Positions 28,029-38,640 of a stretch of DNA of 64,000 bases are shown here, piece after piece. Under the pieces are notes generated by a model. The model saw only the letters and a list, made by a program, of their open reading frames with translations. It was not told where the DNA came from and did no database searches. The DNA comes from Calditrichales bacterium (GTDB taxonomy: Bacteria > Calditrichota > Calditrichia > Calditrichales > J004): positions 2,592,001-2,656,000 of the forward strand of contig OZ254086.1 in assembly GCA_965267575.1 (NCBI GenBank). Reading direction: 5' to 3'. Each line of letters begins with the position of its first letter. The first letter of the stretch is position 1. The position numbers and the translations under genes are program-made.

Positions 28029-28934
28029 ATGAAAATAGAAATCAACGGACTTTCCAAAATTTACGGCAAGGATTTTTACGCCCTGCGCGAGATCGATCTC
28101 GAGATAGGCGAAGGGTTGTTTGGTCTGCTCGGCCCCAACGGCGCCGGCAAATCCACGTTAATGCAAATCCTTGTCACCTTGATGAAGCCGACACACGGTG
28201 AAGTGCGTATAGCCGGACATGATCTGTTCCGTAACCGCGCCGCCATCCGCGCACTAACCGGTTACCTGCCCCAGGACTTCAGCACATTTCCGAAAATAAA
28301 TACATCGGAGTTTCTGGATTATTGCGCCCGTTTGTCCGGTGTGGAGCCGGCCTCCAAGAGGAGCGAACGTGTCGATGAGATGCTGCGCCGGGTTGGCCTT
28401 TTCGAGGCGCGCGATCGCCTGGCAAGCAAGCTTTCCGGCGGAATGAAGCGGCGTGTCGGTATAGCCCAGGCCCTGATCGGCGATCCCCGTATTCTGATCG
28501 TAGATGAGCCGACCACCGGCCTGGACCCGGAAGAACGCATCCGTTTCCGCAACCTGATGACCGACATGTCGCGCGAAGGGCGGATAATCATTTTATCCAC
28601 GCATATCGTGGGCGACATTTCCAGCACCTGCTCGGATATGGCTTTGCTAAACCACGGCCGCCTGGCCTTTAAAGGCTCGCCCGAAGAGCTGATAGCGCAG
28701 GCGCGTCCTTACACCTTCCGGGTGCAAACCGACGATGCCGGTCTCGAGGAGTTGAAACAAAACCACATTGTCACTTCCACGGTACCCGCCGTTGAAGGCT
28801 GGCTGGTCGACGTGATCTCCCGCGAGACGCCGCCCGGTACCTTGATGCCGCTGGAACCCAACCTGGAACATGCCTACGTCTGCTTCATGGAATTGGAGGC
28901 CGGAGAGACCGTGCTGGAGGAGCTGCGCCAATGA
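28029..28934 (+). CDS. ABC exporter ATP-binding protein (ABC-2/DrrA-like)
   Basis: GPNGAGKST, LSGGMKRR, IVDEPT, LSTH. Confidence 0.92.
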   Translation: MKIEINGLSKIYGKDFYALREIDLEIGEGLFGLLGPNGAGKSTLMQILVTLMKPTHGEVRIAGHDLFRNRAAIRALTGYLPQDFSTFPKINTSEFLDYCARLSGVEPASKRSERVDEMLRRVGLFEARDRLASKLSGGMKRRVGIAQALIGDPRILIVDEPTTGLDPEERIRFRNLMTDMSREGRIIILSTHIVGDISSTCSDMALLNHGRLAFKGSPEELIAQARPYTFRVQTDDAGLEELKQNHIVTSTVPAVEGWLVDVISRETPPGTLMPLEPNLEHAYVCFMELEAGETVLEELRQ

Positions 28935-31900
28935 GTTTTTTTAAGCATATCGCCATTAACGCCGGCTACGAAACACGCATCCTTCTGCGCAGCTGGTTTT
29001 TCCGGATTTTCTCCATCCTTGCGCTGCTGAGCCTGATAACCACCAATATTATTTTTTACAGCGATGTGGCGCCCGTGCCCCGTTTTATGCGCGGGCTGGA
29101 CAGCATGATGCCCTATGCCACCGTTTATATGCTCAACTTTGTACTGATGGCGCTGGCCGTTTTCCTGGCAACGGATATCTGCAAACGTGACCGTAAATTC
29201 AATTCATCCACGGTTATTTTTGCCCGCAGTCTTTCCAATGCCGCGCTGATCCTGGGCCGGGCGGCGGGTTTGCTGCTGGTCTTTTTCGGGCTGCAAATAA
29301 TAGCATTACTGATCGCCTTACTGATAAACGGACCTTTCTCCAACCTTGAAATAAACTGGCTGGCCTACCTTTTTTACCCGCTGGTTCTTTCGCTTCCGGC
29401 GCTGCTCGTTGCCATCGGTCTATCGTTTGTGCTGATGCAAATTATCCCCAACCAGGCCATTGTGGTCATTATTGCGCTGGGCATACTCGGCGGAACCGGT
29501 TTTTACTTGTATGATGCGCAATACCAGCTGTTTGATATTCCGGCCATCTATTTTCCGCTTTTGATATCTGATTTTGCCGGCCTTGGCCACGGATGGCAAA
29601 TTCTTTTGCAGCGCGGTTTGTGGCTGTTGTTTGGCCTGTGGTGCCTGGCCCTTAGCATCTTGTTCTTTCGCCGTTTGCCGCAGGCCGTCATAACACGGCG
29701 GTTGATTGTTTTACTGGCGGTGGTTGCGCCGCTGCTTATGGCCTGGGGCGGCTACAGCTACATTCGCTGGCACGCGGACGGCGAAAAGATGCGCGACGCG
29801 CTGGCCGGACAGCTTAAAGCTCTGGAGCAAAAAGACAATCTGACCCTTACAAAATATGACCTCAATGTGCTGCACGAAGGCAATAATGTGCGTGTCGAAG
29901 CGGCATTGACACTAACCAATGATCACGTTCGCGCGCTGGATACGCTTTTTCTCCTGCTTAATCCCGGCATGCAACTGGACTCTTTTCCGCAAGCTTTGGA
30001 CGTCCACCGTGACGGGGCCCTGCTCACCGTAACGCGTCCGGGTTCCGGCTGGGCCGCGGGAGACTCGCAGCGCATCGAAATGAGCTACGCCGGCCGGCCC
30101 GAAGAGCGCATCCTCTACCCGTTTGTAAAGGAAGCAGATCGCCTGTACAATACACATATCTGGTTTTTCCGCATGACGCGTCAGCATCTTTTTGCCGCCC
30201 GTGATTACCTGCTGCTTACGGCGCCATCCCTGTGGTACCCGCAGACACAATCGCCCTATTTACGGGAAATGCTGATTAAGCCGGCACACTTTTCACTGAC
30301 AGTACAAACCGATCCTGAGCTTACTGTAATCGCGCCCGGCCGGGCCGATTCACTTGCTGTGGGTAAAACCGCGTTTCGCGATATTCCCCCGGCCAAATCT
30401 TTGCCGCTGGTCGCCGGGCGCTACGTTAAGCATAGCGTGGAAACCAAAAGGGGAGAGGTGCAGCTCTACCATCATCCGCGGCATACTTATTACAAACCCT
30501 ATTTCAACGAAATCGGCGACACGCTCGGCCCCGTACTGGACGGTCTGTTTGACGAAATGGAAACGCGCCTGCAATTGAATTATCCATACGAGCGGCTAAC
30601 GATTGTCGAAACGCCGCTGATGTATTATGACTACCCGCGGCATGGTATGGACAACCCCGATATGCGTCATCCGGAACAGCTGTGGTTGCCCGAAAACGGT
30701 GCCAGCATCCCGGCGACCTACTTTAAAAACCAGCGCGAGCGTCAGGACCGGCGCGGACGCTGGACAAACGAAACATTGACAGACAAAGAGGCGCAGATCG
30801 ACCTGTTTAAGCGCTTTGTGCTACCCACGTTTATGGGCGGCCGTTCCTGGGGCTTTGGCGGAGATGATGATCTAATAGGCAATATGCCGGATCTGAACGC
30901 GTGGCCGCTGTTTTTCAGCAAGGTGGTCACGCTGGGAGGAGACGGTCGCCAGCTTGCCGTCGCTTTTGAATCGTACCTGCAGCTTGAGGCCGATGAAAGC
31001 GAAGGCACAAGCCGCTGGTGGCGCGGTGGCCTCACCAAGGCAGAGGAAGCCAATCTTGCCTTGCAGCAAAAAACACTGCAGGAGTGGCTGGCAACCGGCG
31101 GCGAAACTACTGATCTGGTCCAAAGCCACCTGGGTAATTTTTTAATCGAGGCTATGCAGGAAGCGCTTGGGGATGAGGAGTTTAAAACGCTTGTGCGCTC
31201 TCTGGCCGGGGAGCGTCGCTTTAAAGTGGTGGATAGTGACAGCCTTGCTAAGCGCGTGCTGCAAACATACGGCTTCGATCTGGCCGCCGAAGTAGAACGT
31301 CTGCGTACACAGCGGCAACTTCCGGGATTTTTGTTCGCCGGTTTCGACGCTTATCCTGTTCGTGACGAGCGCCATATACGTTACCAGGTGCAGTTTGATG
31401 TATATAACCCGACGGACGTTGACGGGTTGATAGAGGTGCAGGTACGAAGCAGCGGCCCTGGCAGGGGGCGTCGCGGTGGCGATGATGATGAACTGCCGAC
31501 CCGTCTCTACCGCGTAAACGCGGGACAGGCCCTGCAGATCGGCTGGGTAAGCGACGAGCAGCCCTCCGGTGTAAATATCAATGCCTTGCTGTCGCAGAAT
31601 CTCCCGCTGGAATATGACGTACGCCTGGATACTGAAGAAGACCGCAGACCTGCCACGCGATCGTTTGACGGTGTCCAGCCGGTAGACTGGTTTGAGCGCC
31701 GCCGGGATGAGGAGGGTATCGTCGTGGATAATGTATCGGAAATGTTCAAACATTCGATCATGCGCCACGAAAGCCCTTTAAAGCGCTGGATTCACGGCGA
31801 GCCCGAGGATGACCCCAACGATTACGATTATTTCCGCTGGTGGTACGGGCCATCGCAGTGGAAGCGTTTGAAGTTTCCTTCTTTTTACGGGCAGTTTGTA

Positions 31901-32242
31901 CACAGCGCCTATTATACACGGGCGGGCAGCGGCGAACGCGATGTTTCCTGGATTGCCGAACTGCCTGAGAGCGGCTGGTACCAGGTTTATATCCACGTGC
32001 CGGATACGGACCAGCTTGGCGGCAGGCGTCGTGGCCGCGATCTGATGGAAAAACAGACCTATGTCATCGATCACGCCAATGGTACGGAGACAATCCAGAT
32101 GGACCTGAGCGAAGCGGGCAGCGGCTGGAATTTGCTGGAGACGTATTACTTTGAGGAAGGCAGCGCAAAAATAACACTGACCAACGAAAGCGACGGCCGG
32201 CTGGTGCTTGCTGACGCAGTAAAATGGGTACCAAAGGGGTAG
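28931..32242 (+). CDS. ABC-2 type permease fused to an M1-aminopeptidase-like periplasmic region and a C-terminal golvesin/xanthan-lyase-CBM-like domain
   Basis: N-terminal 6-7 TM segments; FLLLNPG, SLWYP, YPYERLTIVETP; C-terminal PESGWYQVY...GWNLLETYYF...ADAVKW. Confidence 0.7.
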   Translation: MSFFKHIAINAGYETRILLRSWFFRIFSILALLSLITTNIIFYSDVAPVPRFMRGLDSMMPYATVYMLNFVLMALAVFLATDICKRDRKFNSSTVIFARSLSNAALILGRAAGLLLVFFGLQIIALLIALLINGPFSNLEINWLAYLFYPLVLSLPALLVAIGLSFVLMQIIPNQAIVVIIALGILGGTGFYLYDAQYQLFDIPAIYFPLLISDFAGLGHGWQILLQRGLWLLFGLWCLALSILFFRRLPQAVITRRLIVLLAVVAPLLMAWGGYSYIRWHADGEKMRDALAGQLKALEQKDNLTLTKYDLNVLHEGNNVRVEAALTLTNDHVRALDTLFLLLNPGMQLDSFPQALDVHRDGALLTVTRPGSGWAAGDSQRIEMSYAGRPEERILYPFVKEADRLYNTHIWFFRMTRQHLFAARDYLLLTAPSLWYPQTQSPYLREMLIKPAHFSLTVQTDPELTVIAPGRADSLAVGKTAFRDIPPAKSLPLVAGRYVKHSVETKRGEVQLYHHPRHTYYKPYFNEIGDTLGPVLDGLFDEMETRLQLNYPYERLTIVETPLMYYDYPRHGMDNPDMRHPEQLWLPENGASIPATYFKNQRERQDRRGRWTNETLTDKEAQIDLFKRFVLPTFMGGRSWGFGGDDDLIGNMPDLNAWPLFFSKVVTLGGDGRQLAVAFESYLQLEADESEGTSRWWRGGLTKAEEANLALQQKTLQEWLATGGETTDLVQSHLGNFLIEAMQEALGDEEFKTLVRSLAGERRFKVVDSDSLAKRVLQTYGFDLAAEVERLRTQRQLPGFLFAGFDAYPVRDERHIRYQVQFDVYNPTDVDGLIEVQVRSSGPGRGRRGGDDDELPTRLYRVNAGQALQIGWVSDEQPSGVNINALLSQNLPLEYDVRLDTEEDRRPATRSFDGVQPVDWFERRRDEEGIVVDNVSEMFKHSIMRHESPLKRWIHGEPEDDPNDYDYFRWWYGPSQWKRLKFPSFYGQFVHSAYYTRAGSGERDVSWIAELPESGWYQVYIHVPDTDQLGGRRRGRDLMEKQTYVIDHANGTETIQMDLSEAGSGWNLLETYYFEEGSAKITLTNESDGRLVLADAVKWVPKG

Positions 32243-32850
32243 TGGAATTGTTTGCCAGTCCCCGCGCCATTGTCATTCCTGCGGATGCAGGAATCCATGG
32301 TGCTTTATCCCGTGGTTCTGAAGGTGAGTGGCAAAGGGGTGCTTTACTGGATTCCCGCCTTCGCGCGAATGACATTTCGGGGTGAGTGGAATTGTTTGGC
32401 AGTCCCCGTGCCATTGTCATTCCTGCGGATGCAGGAATCCATGGTGCTTTATCCCGTGGTTCTGAAGGTGAGTGGCAAAGGGGTGCTTTACTGGATTCCC
32501 GCCTTCGCGGGAATGACATTTCGGGGTGAGTGGAATTGTTTGGCAGTCCCCGTGCCATTGTCATTCCTGCGGATGCAGGAATCCATGGTGCTTTATCCCG
32601 TGGTTCTGAAAGTGAATGGCAAAGGGGCGCTTTCCTGGATTCCCGCCTTCGCGGGAATGACATTCCGGGGGGAGTGGGATTGTCGGCAGTCCCCGCGCCA
32701 TCGTCATTCCTGCGGATGCAGGAATCCATGGTGCTTCGTCCCCGGCTCTGAATGTGAGTAGCAAAGTGGCACTTTCTTGGATTCCCGCTTTTGCGGGAAT
32801 GACATTCCGGGGCAGTGGGATTGTTTGGCAGTCCCCGCGCCATTGTCATT
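32241..32850. repeat. Tandem array of 144-bp units, each an inverted REP-like doublet
   Basis: Unit starts at 32241, 32385, 32529, 32673 and 32814 (partial); each full unit has GTCATTCCTGCGGATGCAGGAATCCA and TGGATTCCCGCCTTCGCGGGAATGAC-like palindromes. Confidence 0.92.
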
Positions 32851-32940
32851 GGAGAATGACACTAGTCGCTGATGATACTGTTGGGAAACATCAAAAATTA
32901 GACCTGGAAAAGAAAAACAAAAACACATAGACAGGATTCT

Positions 32941-34437
32941 ATGAAAAGCTATCTTTTTGTACTCATAATCGCGATTGCGCCGTGGCTGCACGCCCAGGAT
33001 GCAACCATACTTACATTTGATACGGCGCTGGAACTGGCGCTGGAGAACAGCCCGGAAATTATCGCGGCGCGGCGCAACCTGGAACGGCAGCGTGAACTGC
33101 TCAACGCCCAGCAATCTTCGCTTAAATCGCAGTTTAACCTGAGCCTGGAGCCATTTGCTTTCAGCCGCCAGACCAATTTCGAAGAGCTGACCGCTGCCTT
33201 TAACGAATCGGAAACACGGCGTTCCGGGGCGGTCTTTTCCGTTTCGCAGCCCATTTTGTTAACCGACGCAACAGTCTCGCTGCAGAATACGTTTTACTGG
33301 CGGGACAGCCGCAGTGAGTTTGCCGGATTCAGGCGCAATGAGGTTTTTAATAATGATCTGACCCTGACCGTCATTCAGCCGCTTTTTACCTACAACCGCC
33401 AAAAGCTTGCCCTGCAGGACGTGGAGAATGACCTTGAATCGGCCTATCTCAGCTATATCATTCAAGGGCTGCGGCTGGAGACGGGGTTGGCGCAAAGCTT
33501 TTACCGCACCTATCAAAACCGGATGCGCTTGCAGGTGGCGCGGGAAGAGCTGGAAAACTCGCGCAGCAGCGTCGAAATCATTCGCAATAAAGTAAATGCC
33601 GGGTTGGTGGCGGAAGAGGAGCTCCTACAGGCCGAGTTGAATCTGCTCTCCAGTGAATCGACGCTTCAAAATGCCCAGGTGACGCTGCAAAACAGTCTCG
33701 ATGATCTAAAGGTTTTACTGGGGATGGAGCTAAACGAGGAGCTGCGGGTTGTTTCTGCGATCGATCAGGATACGGTCTCACTTAACCAGGAACGGGCTGT
33801 GGAACTGGGCCTGGCCAACCGGCTGGAGTTGCAGCAGCGTAAGCTGGATATCATCAACACGCAGGCGGGGTTAACGCGTGCCATGGCCACCAATGAATTC
33901 CGCGGCAACCTGAGTCTGCAATACGGCCTTACCGGCAACGATCCCAAAGCGCCGCAGGTTTTCCAGGACCAGAACGAAAGCCAGGACGTGAGCATCAGTT
34001 TTGAAATACCGATTTTTGACTGGGGTGAACGGGAATCGCGCATAAAAGCTTCCGAGATCAGCGTGCAGGAGGCGCAGCGCAACCTAGGGGAGGAACGCAA
34101 AAATATCGTGGCCGATATCCGCCGCGCTTACCGGACGTTGAAAAACCAGGCCCTGCAGATGCAGCTTGCCGAACAGAATCTGCTGATCGCCCAAAAAACG
34201 TATGATATCAACCTCGAGCGCTACAAAAACGGTGACCTGACCAGTATGGATCTTAACCTGTTTCAGACACAGCTTTCAGAGAAGAAGAACGGCCTGATCG
34301 ACGCCCAGATCAGCTACCGTTTATCGCTGCTGGATTTAAAAGTACAGACCTTGTGGGATTTTGAAAAAGACCGGCCGGTAGAATTTGAAGGACGCTCGCT
34401 GCCGGATGGAAACGAAAATGAAGGAGAATTGGAATGA
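32941..34437 (+). CDS. TolC family outer-membrane efflux protein
   Basis: Signal peptide, ALELALENSPEI, QPLF, IPIFDWG, ERYKNG. Confidence 0.9.
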   Translation: MKSYLFVLIIAIAPWLHAQDATILTFDTALELALENSPEIIAARRNLERQRELLNAQQSSLKSQFNLSLEPFAFSRQTNFEELTAAFNESETRRSGAVFSVSQPILLTDATVSLQNTFYWRDSRSEFAGFRRNEVFNNDLTLTVIQPLFTYNRQKLALQDVENDLESAYLSYIIQGLRLETGLAQSFYRTYQNRMRLQVAREELENSRSSVEIIRNKVNAGLVAEEELLQAELNLLSSESTLQNAQVTLQNSLDDLKVLLGMELNEELRVVSAIDQDTVSLNQERAVELGLANRLELQQRKLDIINTQAGLTRAMATNEFRGNLSLQYGLTGNDPKAPQVFQDQNESQDVSISFEIPIFDWGERESRIKASEISVQEAQRNLGEERKNIVADIRRAYRTLKNQALQMQLAEQNLLIAQKTYDINLERYKNGDLTSMDLNLFQTQLSEKKNGLIDAQISYRLSLLDLKVQTLWDFEKDRPVEFEGRSLPDGNENEGELE

Positions 34438-35486
34438 GGCAACGGATAGTTTTTCTGGCTTTGATCGCGATCGTTACCTGGGCTTGTGATGATGAGGATC
34501 CCGGCGAGCAGCTTGAGGTAGCCGTGCCCGTCAATATAGAGGAAGTGCAGCTCGGCTCCATTGAAGCATTCGTAAACAGTACGGCTGATCTTTCCGCCTT
34601 TAAAGAAGGCATCTTTATGTCGGAATCGGAGGGTGCTTACAGATTGCAGCAGAACCCGGCAACGGGCAAGTTGTTCAAGGCCGGTGATCGCGTTCGCCAG
34701 GGTCAGCTGGTTATCCGCCTGGTGAACCCGGAATACGAAAACAACATCGCACTGGAATCAAAGAAACTGAACCTGGATATCTCTGAGCGTGAGTTTGAAA
34801 AACAACAATCGCTTTATGAAAAGGGCGGCGTAACCCTGCGTGAACTGAAAAGTGCCGAACGTGCCCTGATTGATGCGCGTTATGCTTACGAAAATGCGCT
34901 GCTGCAGCAGGAAAAGCTGCTGGTGCGCGCGCCGTTTGATGGGATTGTCACCAACCTGCCTTATTTCGCGCAGGGTGAGATAGTGGCGCCTAACAGCGAG
35001 CTGGCGCGCATTATGGACTACAGCCGCCTGGTGGCCGAGGTGCGCCTCCCGGCCCGCGAACTGGGTCGCGTTGAGCCCGGGCAAAACGTCCGTGTGACGC
35101 AATACAATCTGCCCGGCGATACGCTGTACGGCAGTGTGATACAAGCCGACCCCGCCCTTGAAGGTAACAGCCGTACATTTGGCGCACAGATTGAAGTGGA
35201 CAATCCGGATTTGAAGCTGCGACCGGGGATGTTTGTCAATCTGCAAACGATTGTTGACAGCCGCGACAGCACCGTCGTCATCGACCGTGACATTATTCTT
35301 TCCCGCCGCCGTGGCAACACCGTTTTTGTGGTGGAAAAGGGCGCCGCACAGGAACGCGTTATCAGCATCGGCCTGGAGAATGACGAGCAGGTAGAGGTGC
35401 TGTCCGGGCTGGAGGCCGGCGAGCGCTTGGTGATCAAAGGCTTCGAAACGCTGCGGCATCGCTCCAAAGTGAAAGTGGTGCGCTGA
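34434..35486 (+). CDS. RND periplasmic adaptor (MFP) lipoprotein
   Basis: Lipobox TWAC; GDRVRQGQ, VRAPFDGIV, LRPGMFV, SGLEAGERLV. Confidence 0.92.
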   Translation: MRQRIVFLALIAIVTWACDDEDPGEQLEVAVPVNIEEVQLGSIEAFVNSTADLSAFKEGIFMSESEGAYRLQQNPATGKLFKAGDRVRQGQLVIRLVNPEYENNIALESKKLNLDISEREFEKQQSLYEKGGVTLRELKSAERALIDARYAYENALLQQEKLLVRAPFDGIVTNLPYFAQGEIVAPNSELARIMDYSRLVAEVRLPARELGRVEPGQNVRVTQYNLPGDTLYGSVIQADPALEGNSRTFGAQIEVDNPDLKLRPGMFVNLQTIVDSRDSTVVIDRDIILSRRRGNTVFVVEKGAAQERVISIGLENDEQVEVLSGLEAGERLVIKGFETLRHRSKVKVVR

Positions 35487-35487
35487 T

Positions 35488-38400
35488 ATGGAAAGACTGA
35501 GCCGTTTTTCGGTCGAGCACCCGGTTACCATCCTGATGGGGATCGCCGCCATTCTTTTGCTGGGATTTATTTCGTTTCAGCGGTTGGCAGTGGACCTGTT
35601 CCCCGATATTTCCAACCCGCGCCTGTTTGTTGAGCTGAAGGCGGGTGAGCTGCCCCCGGAGGAACTGGAGACGCGTTTTGTGGAAAACCTGGAAGCCCTG
35701 ATAATGCGCCAGCGCAACGTTACCGGCGTCTCGTCCGTCTTACTGGTGGGCAGTGCGCGGGTCAGTGTCTCCTATGCTTGGGGCACGGACATGAACGCGG
35801 CTTTTCTTGACCTGCAAAAAAATCTTTCCCGCTTTAGCAGCGGCAACGACATCGATGAGCTGAGCATCACCCAATTTGACCCCAACGCCGAACCGGTTTT
35901 GCTGATTGCCCTCAACCACCCGGAAGCCGATCCTTACCAGTTGCAGCGTCTTGCCGAAACACGCATCCGCAACGCGCTTATCCGGCTGGATGGCATCGCG
36001 GCGGTGGAAATACGCGGCGGCGAGCAGCGTGAAGTGCGCGTTCAGACCGACGAAGCACGGCTGGAGGCTTACGGATTGACTGCGGAGGGGCTGGCCTCGT
36101 CGATACGATCAGCCAACCTGGATGTGGCCGGCGGTTCCGTAGTGGAAATGGGCGTGCGCTACGTGGTGCGTGGCCTGGGATCATTCGATGACCTTAGGGC
36201 AATTAAAAAAGTGGTGGTGGACTACCGCCCGGAAAGCGATGCGCCAAATGCCCGCGAATTTCCCGTCTTCCTGGAGCAGGTGGCGGATGTAAACTGGAGC
36301 AGCGCCGAGCCGGAAAATATCGTCTACATGAACGGTCAGCGCGGGGTGGCCCTGGCCGTCTACAAGGAGACGCGTTTTAATACCATCCAGGCGGTGGAGG
36401 CCGTTAATGAGAGCCTGCTTGAGATTCGCCGGGGTCTGCCCGATTATTCCATCGAAATCATCCGGGATCAGGCGCGTTTTATCAATGCCGCCATCAGCGA
36501 AGTGGAGGAGAGCGCCCTCTACGGTATCATCCTTGCCATATTTGTGTTGTTCCTTTTCCTGCGCCGTATCGGCAGCACGCTGGTTATCAGCCTGGCAATT
36601 CCGCTATCCATCGTTGCCACCTTTAACCTGATGTTTTTTAACGGTTTAACACTCAATATTATGACGCTCGGCGGTCTGGCTCTGGGCGCCGGCATGCTGG
36701 TGGATAACGCCATCGTTGTTATGGAAAGTATTTTCCGCGAACTGGAGCAGGGCGCTACCGTGCGCGATGCCGCGATCAAGGGAACGGCGCGCGTCTCCGG
36801 GGCGATAATCGCTTCTACCATCACAACCGTAGTGGTTTTTTTACCGATCGTTTACCTGCAGGGGGCCGCCGGTGTGCTCTTCCGTGACCAGGCCTGGACC
36901 GTGGCCTTTTCGCTGCTGGCTTCGCTGGTTGTGGCCATCCTCGCCATGCCCATGTTAAGCCATAAACTGTTGCGCAAAAAAGACGGCAACGCGGGCAAAA
37001 GCTCAATCCGTTTTGATTTCTACCGGCCTTTGCTTGAACGCATTTTACATAAACGTGCGATCGTCTTACTGGCGGCGGTTGTATTGGTCGTGGCCACGCT
37101 GGCCGTTCTCCCGTTTGTGGGCAGCAACTTCCTGGCCCGTACTTCCGGCAGCGCCTACACGCTGGATGTAACCCTTGCCGATGGTACTACGCTGGATTAC
37201 AGCGCCCGTTTTGCCGGTGGCCTGGAAGAAAGCATCCGTCAGGCCGCGGGCGAAAAGGTGGAGATGATTTTCAGCCAGGTGGGCAGTCTGGATGCCGGTT
37301 CCGGCGCGCAGGAGCAGGATGTGCTTGGACGTGAAAACCATCTGCGTATGACCATCCGTCTGAGCAGCAGCCGCACAGAAGCGGAGAATTTTGAACAATG
37401 GCTGCGGACCTACCTGGAAGGCTATGATGAAGCTGAAGTGAGTCTGCAACAGGAGCAGAATATCCTCAGCACAACCCTTTCCGGCAGCGAAGATGCCGCC
37501 ATAGCTATTCGCCTCTACAGCGATGATGCTGCAGCCGCCGATGAGGCTTTGCGCGCCATGCGCCCGCAACTGGAGAAGATAGAGGGTCTTGTTGTGCGCG
37601 AAAGCAGCCTGGAAGGCAGCCGTCCCCAGGTAAACCTGGTGATTGACCGTGTGGCGGCGGCCTACTACAACATTCCCATTCAGACAATAAGTAGTCAGCT
37701 TGAGGCCTTGCTGCAAGGGGCCGAGGCCGGCAACTGGGAGTTCGCCGGTGATGTGCACGACATCCGCGTGGCCTATCCGCCACTTTCACTGGAGCGTCTG
37801 CGCGGCCAGTTTATTCGCAGCGGCGCACAGCGTGTCCCTTTGGAAGCGCTGGTAAAATTTGAAACCGAACGGGCACCGCGCGCGCTCTACCGCACCAACC
37901 AGAAACGCAGCGCCTGGCTTACCGCGGATACCGAAGAGCGGCCTCTCTCCGAAGTTGTTACCGATGTGAGCGCGGTAATGGAAAACAGCGATATTCCGCC
38001 CAACGTGCGCAGCGAGATCAGCGGTGAGGAGCAGGAACGTCGCGCTTCTTTTGCCGGTTTGCAGTTTGCCCTGTTGCTGGCCATTGTGCTCATCTACATG
38101 GTGCTGGCGGGACAATTTGAATCGCTGCTGCACCCCTTTACGATTATTCTCACGGTGCCGCTAGCGGCCATCGGCGCGGTCTGGATATTCCTTGTGCTGG
38201 GTCAGGCGTTCAATGTAATGGCTTTTATCGGGCTTATTCTGCTAATGGGCATCGCTGTCAACGATTCCATTATCCTTGTCGATGCCATAAACCAGGAACG
38301 GCGTGACGGCCGGGATATCGTCACCGCCATTTTAAACGCCGGCGAGCGCCGCATACGACCGATCATTATGACCAGTCTGACGACCATTTTGGCGCTGTTG

Positions 38401-38580
38401 CCTTTAACATTCGGCTTTGGTGAAGGGGCAGCCCTGCGGGCGCCGCTGGCCTGGGCCGTCATCGGCGGACTGGTCAGCAGCACGGTGCTGATACTGGGCG
38501 TTATTCCTTGTCTTTACAGCGTTTTCGAACAATGGCGTGTGGGCGTGATGAAGGTACAAAGTAAAGAGGTGACGGGGTAA
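35488..38580 (+). CDS. RND efflux permease (AcrB/SwrC-like)
   Basis: LAVDLFP, GMLVDNAIVV, QFESLLHPF, GIAVNDSI, RIRPIIMT. Confidence 0.92.
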   Translation: MERLSRFSVEHPVTILMGIAAILLLGFISFQRLAVDLFPDISNPRLFVELKAGELPPEELETRFVENLEALIMRQRNVTGVSSVLLVGSARVSVSYAWGTDMNAAFLDLQKNLSRFSSGNDIDELSITQFDPNAEPVLLIALNHPEADPYQLQRLAETRIRNALIRLDGIAAVEIRGGEQREVRVQTDEARLEAYGLTAEGLASSIRSANLDVAGGSVVEMGVRYVVRGLGSFDDLRAIKKVVVDYRPESDAPNAREFPVFLEQVADVNWSSAEPENIVYMNGQRGVALAVYKETRFNTIQAVEAVNESLLEIRRGLPDYSIEIIRDQARFINAAISEVEESALYGIILAIFVLFLFLRRIGSTLVISLAIPLSIVATFNLMFFNGLTLNIMTLGGLALGAGMLVDNAIVVMESIFRELEQGATVRDAAIKGTARVSGAIIASTITTVVVFLPIVYLQGAAGVLFRDQAWTVAFSLLASLVVAILAMPMLSHKLLRKKDGNAGKSSIRFDFYRPLLERILHKRAIVLLAAVVLVVATLAVLPFVGSNFLARTSGSAYTLDVTLADGTTLDYSARFAGGLEESIRQAAGEKVEMIFSQVGSLDAGSGAQEQDVLGRENHLRMTIRLSSSRTEAENFEQWLRTYLEGYDEAEVSLQQEQNILSTTLSGSEDAAIAIRLYSDDAAAADEALRAMRPQLEKIEGLVVRESSLEGSRPQVNLVIDRVAAAYYNIPIQTISSQLEALLQGAEAGNWEFAGDVHDIRVAYPPLSLERLRGQFIRSGAQRVPLEALVKFETERAPRALYRTNQKRSAWLTADTEERPLSEVVTDVSAVMENSDIPPNVRSEISGEEQERRASFAGLQFALLLAIVLIYMVLAGQFESLLHPFTIILTVPLAAIGAVWIFLVLGQAFNVMAFIGLILLMGIAVNDSIILVDAINQERRDGRDIVTAILNAGERRIRPIIMTSLTTILALLPLTFGFGEGAALRAPLAWAVIGGLVSSTVLILGVIPCLYSVFEQWRVGVMKVQSKEVTG

Positions 38581-38640
38581 CTGAGTGACGGGCAATTGAG
38601 TGTGCCCTTTACATGAGCCCAAAATAAAATCAAGACAAAA

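Noticed and set aside
32064..32849. Repeat-protein ORFs (261, 169, 73, 67 aa) across the array
   Set aside because: Artefacts of a 144-bp (48-codon) repeat; open on both strands with no RBS
32241..32850. CRISPR array
   Set aside because: Sequences between palindromes are near-identical from unit to unit rather than unique spacers, the period is 144 bp, and no cas genes are present
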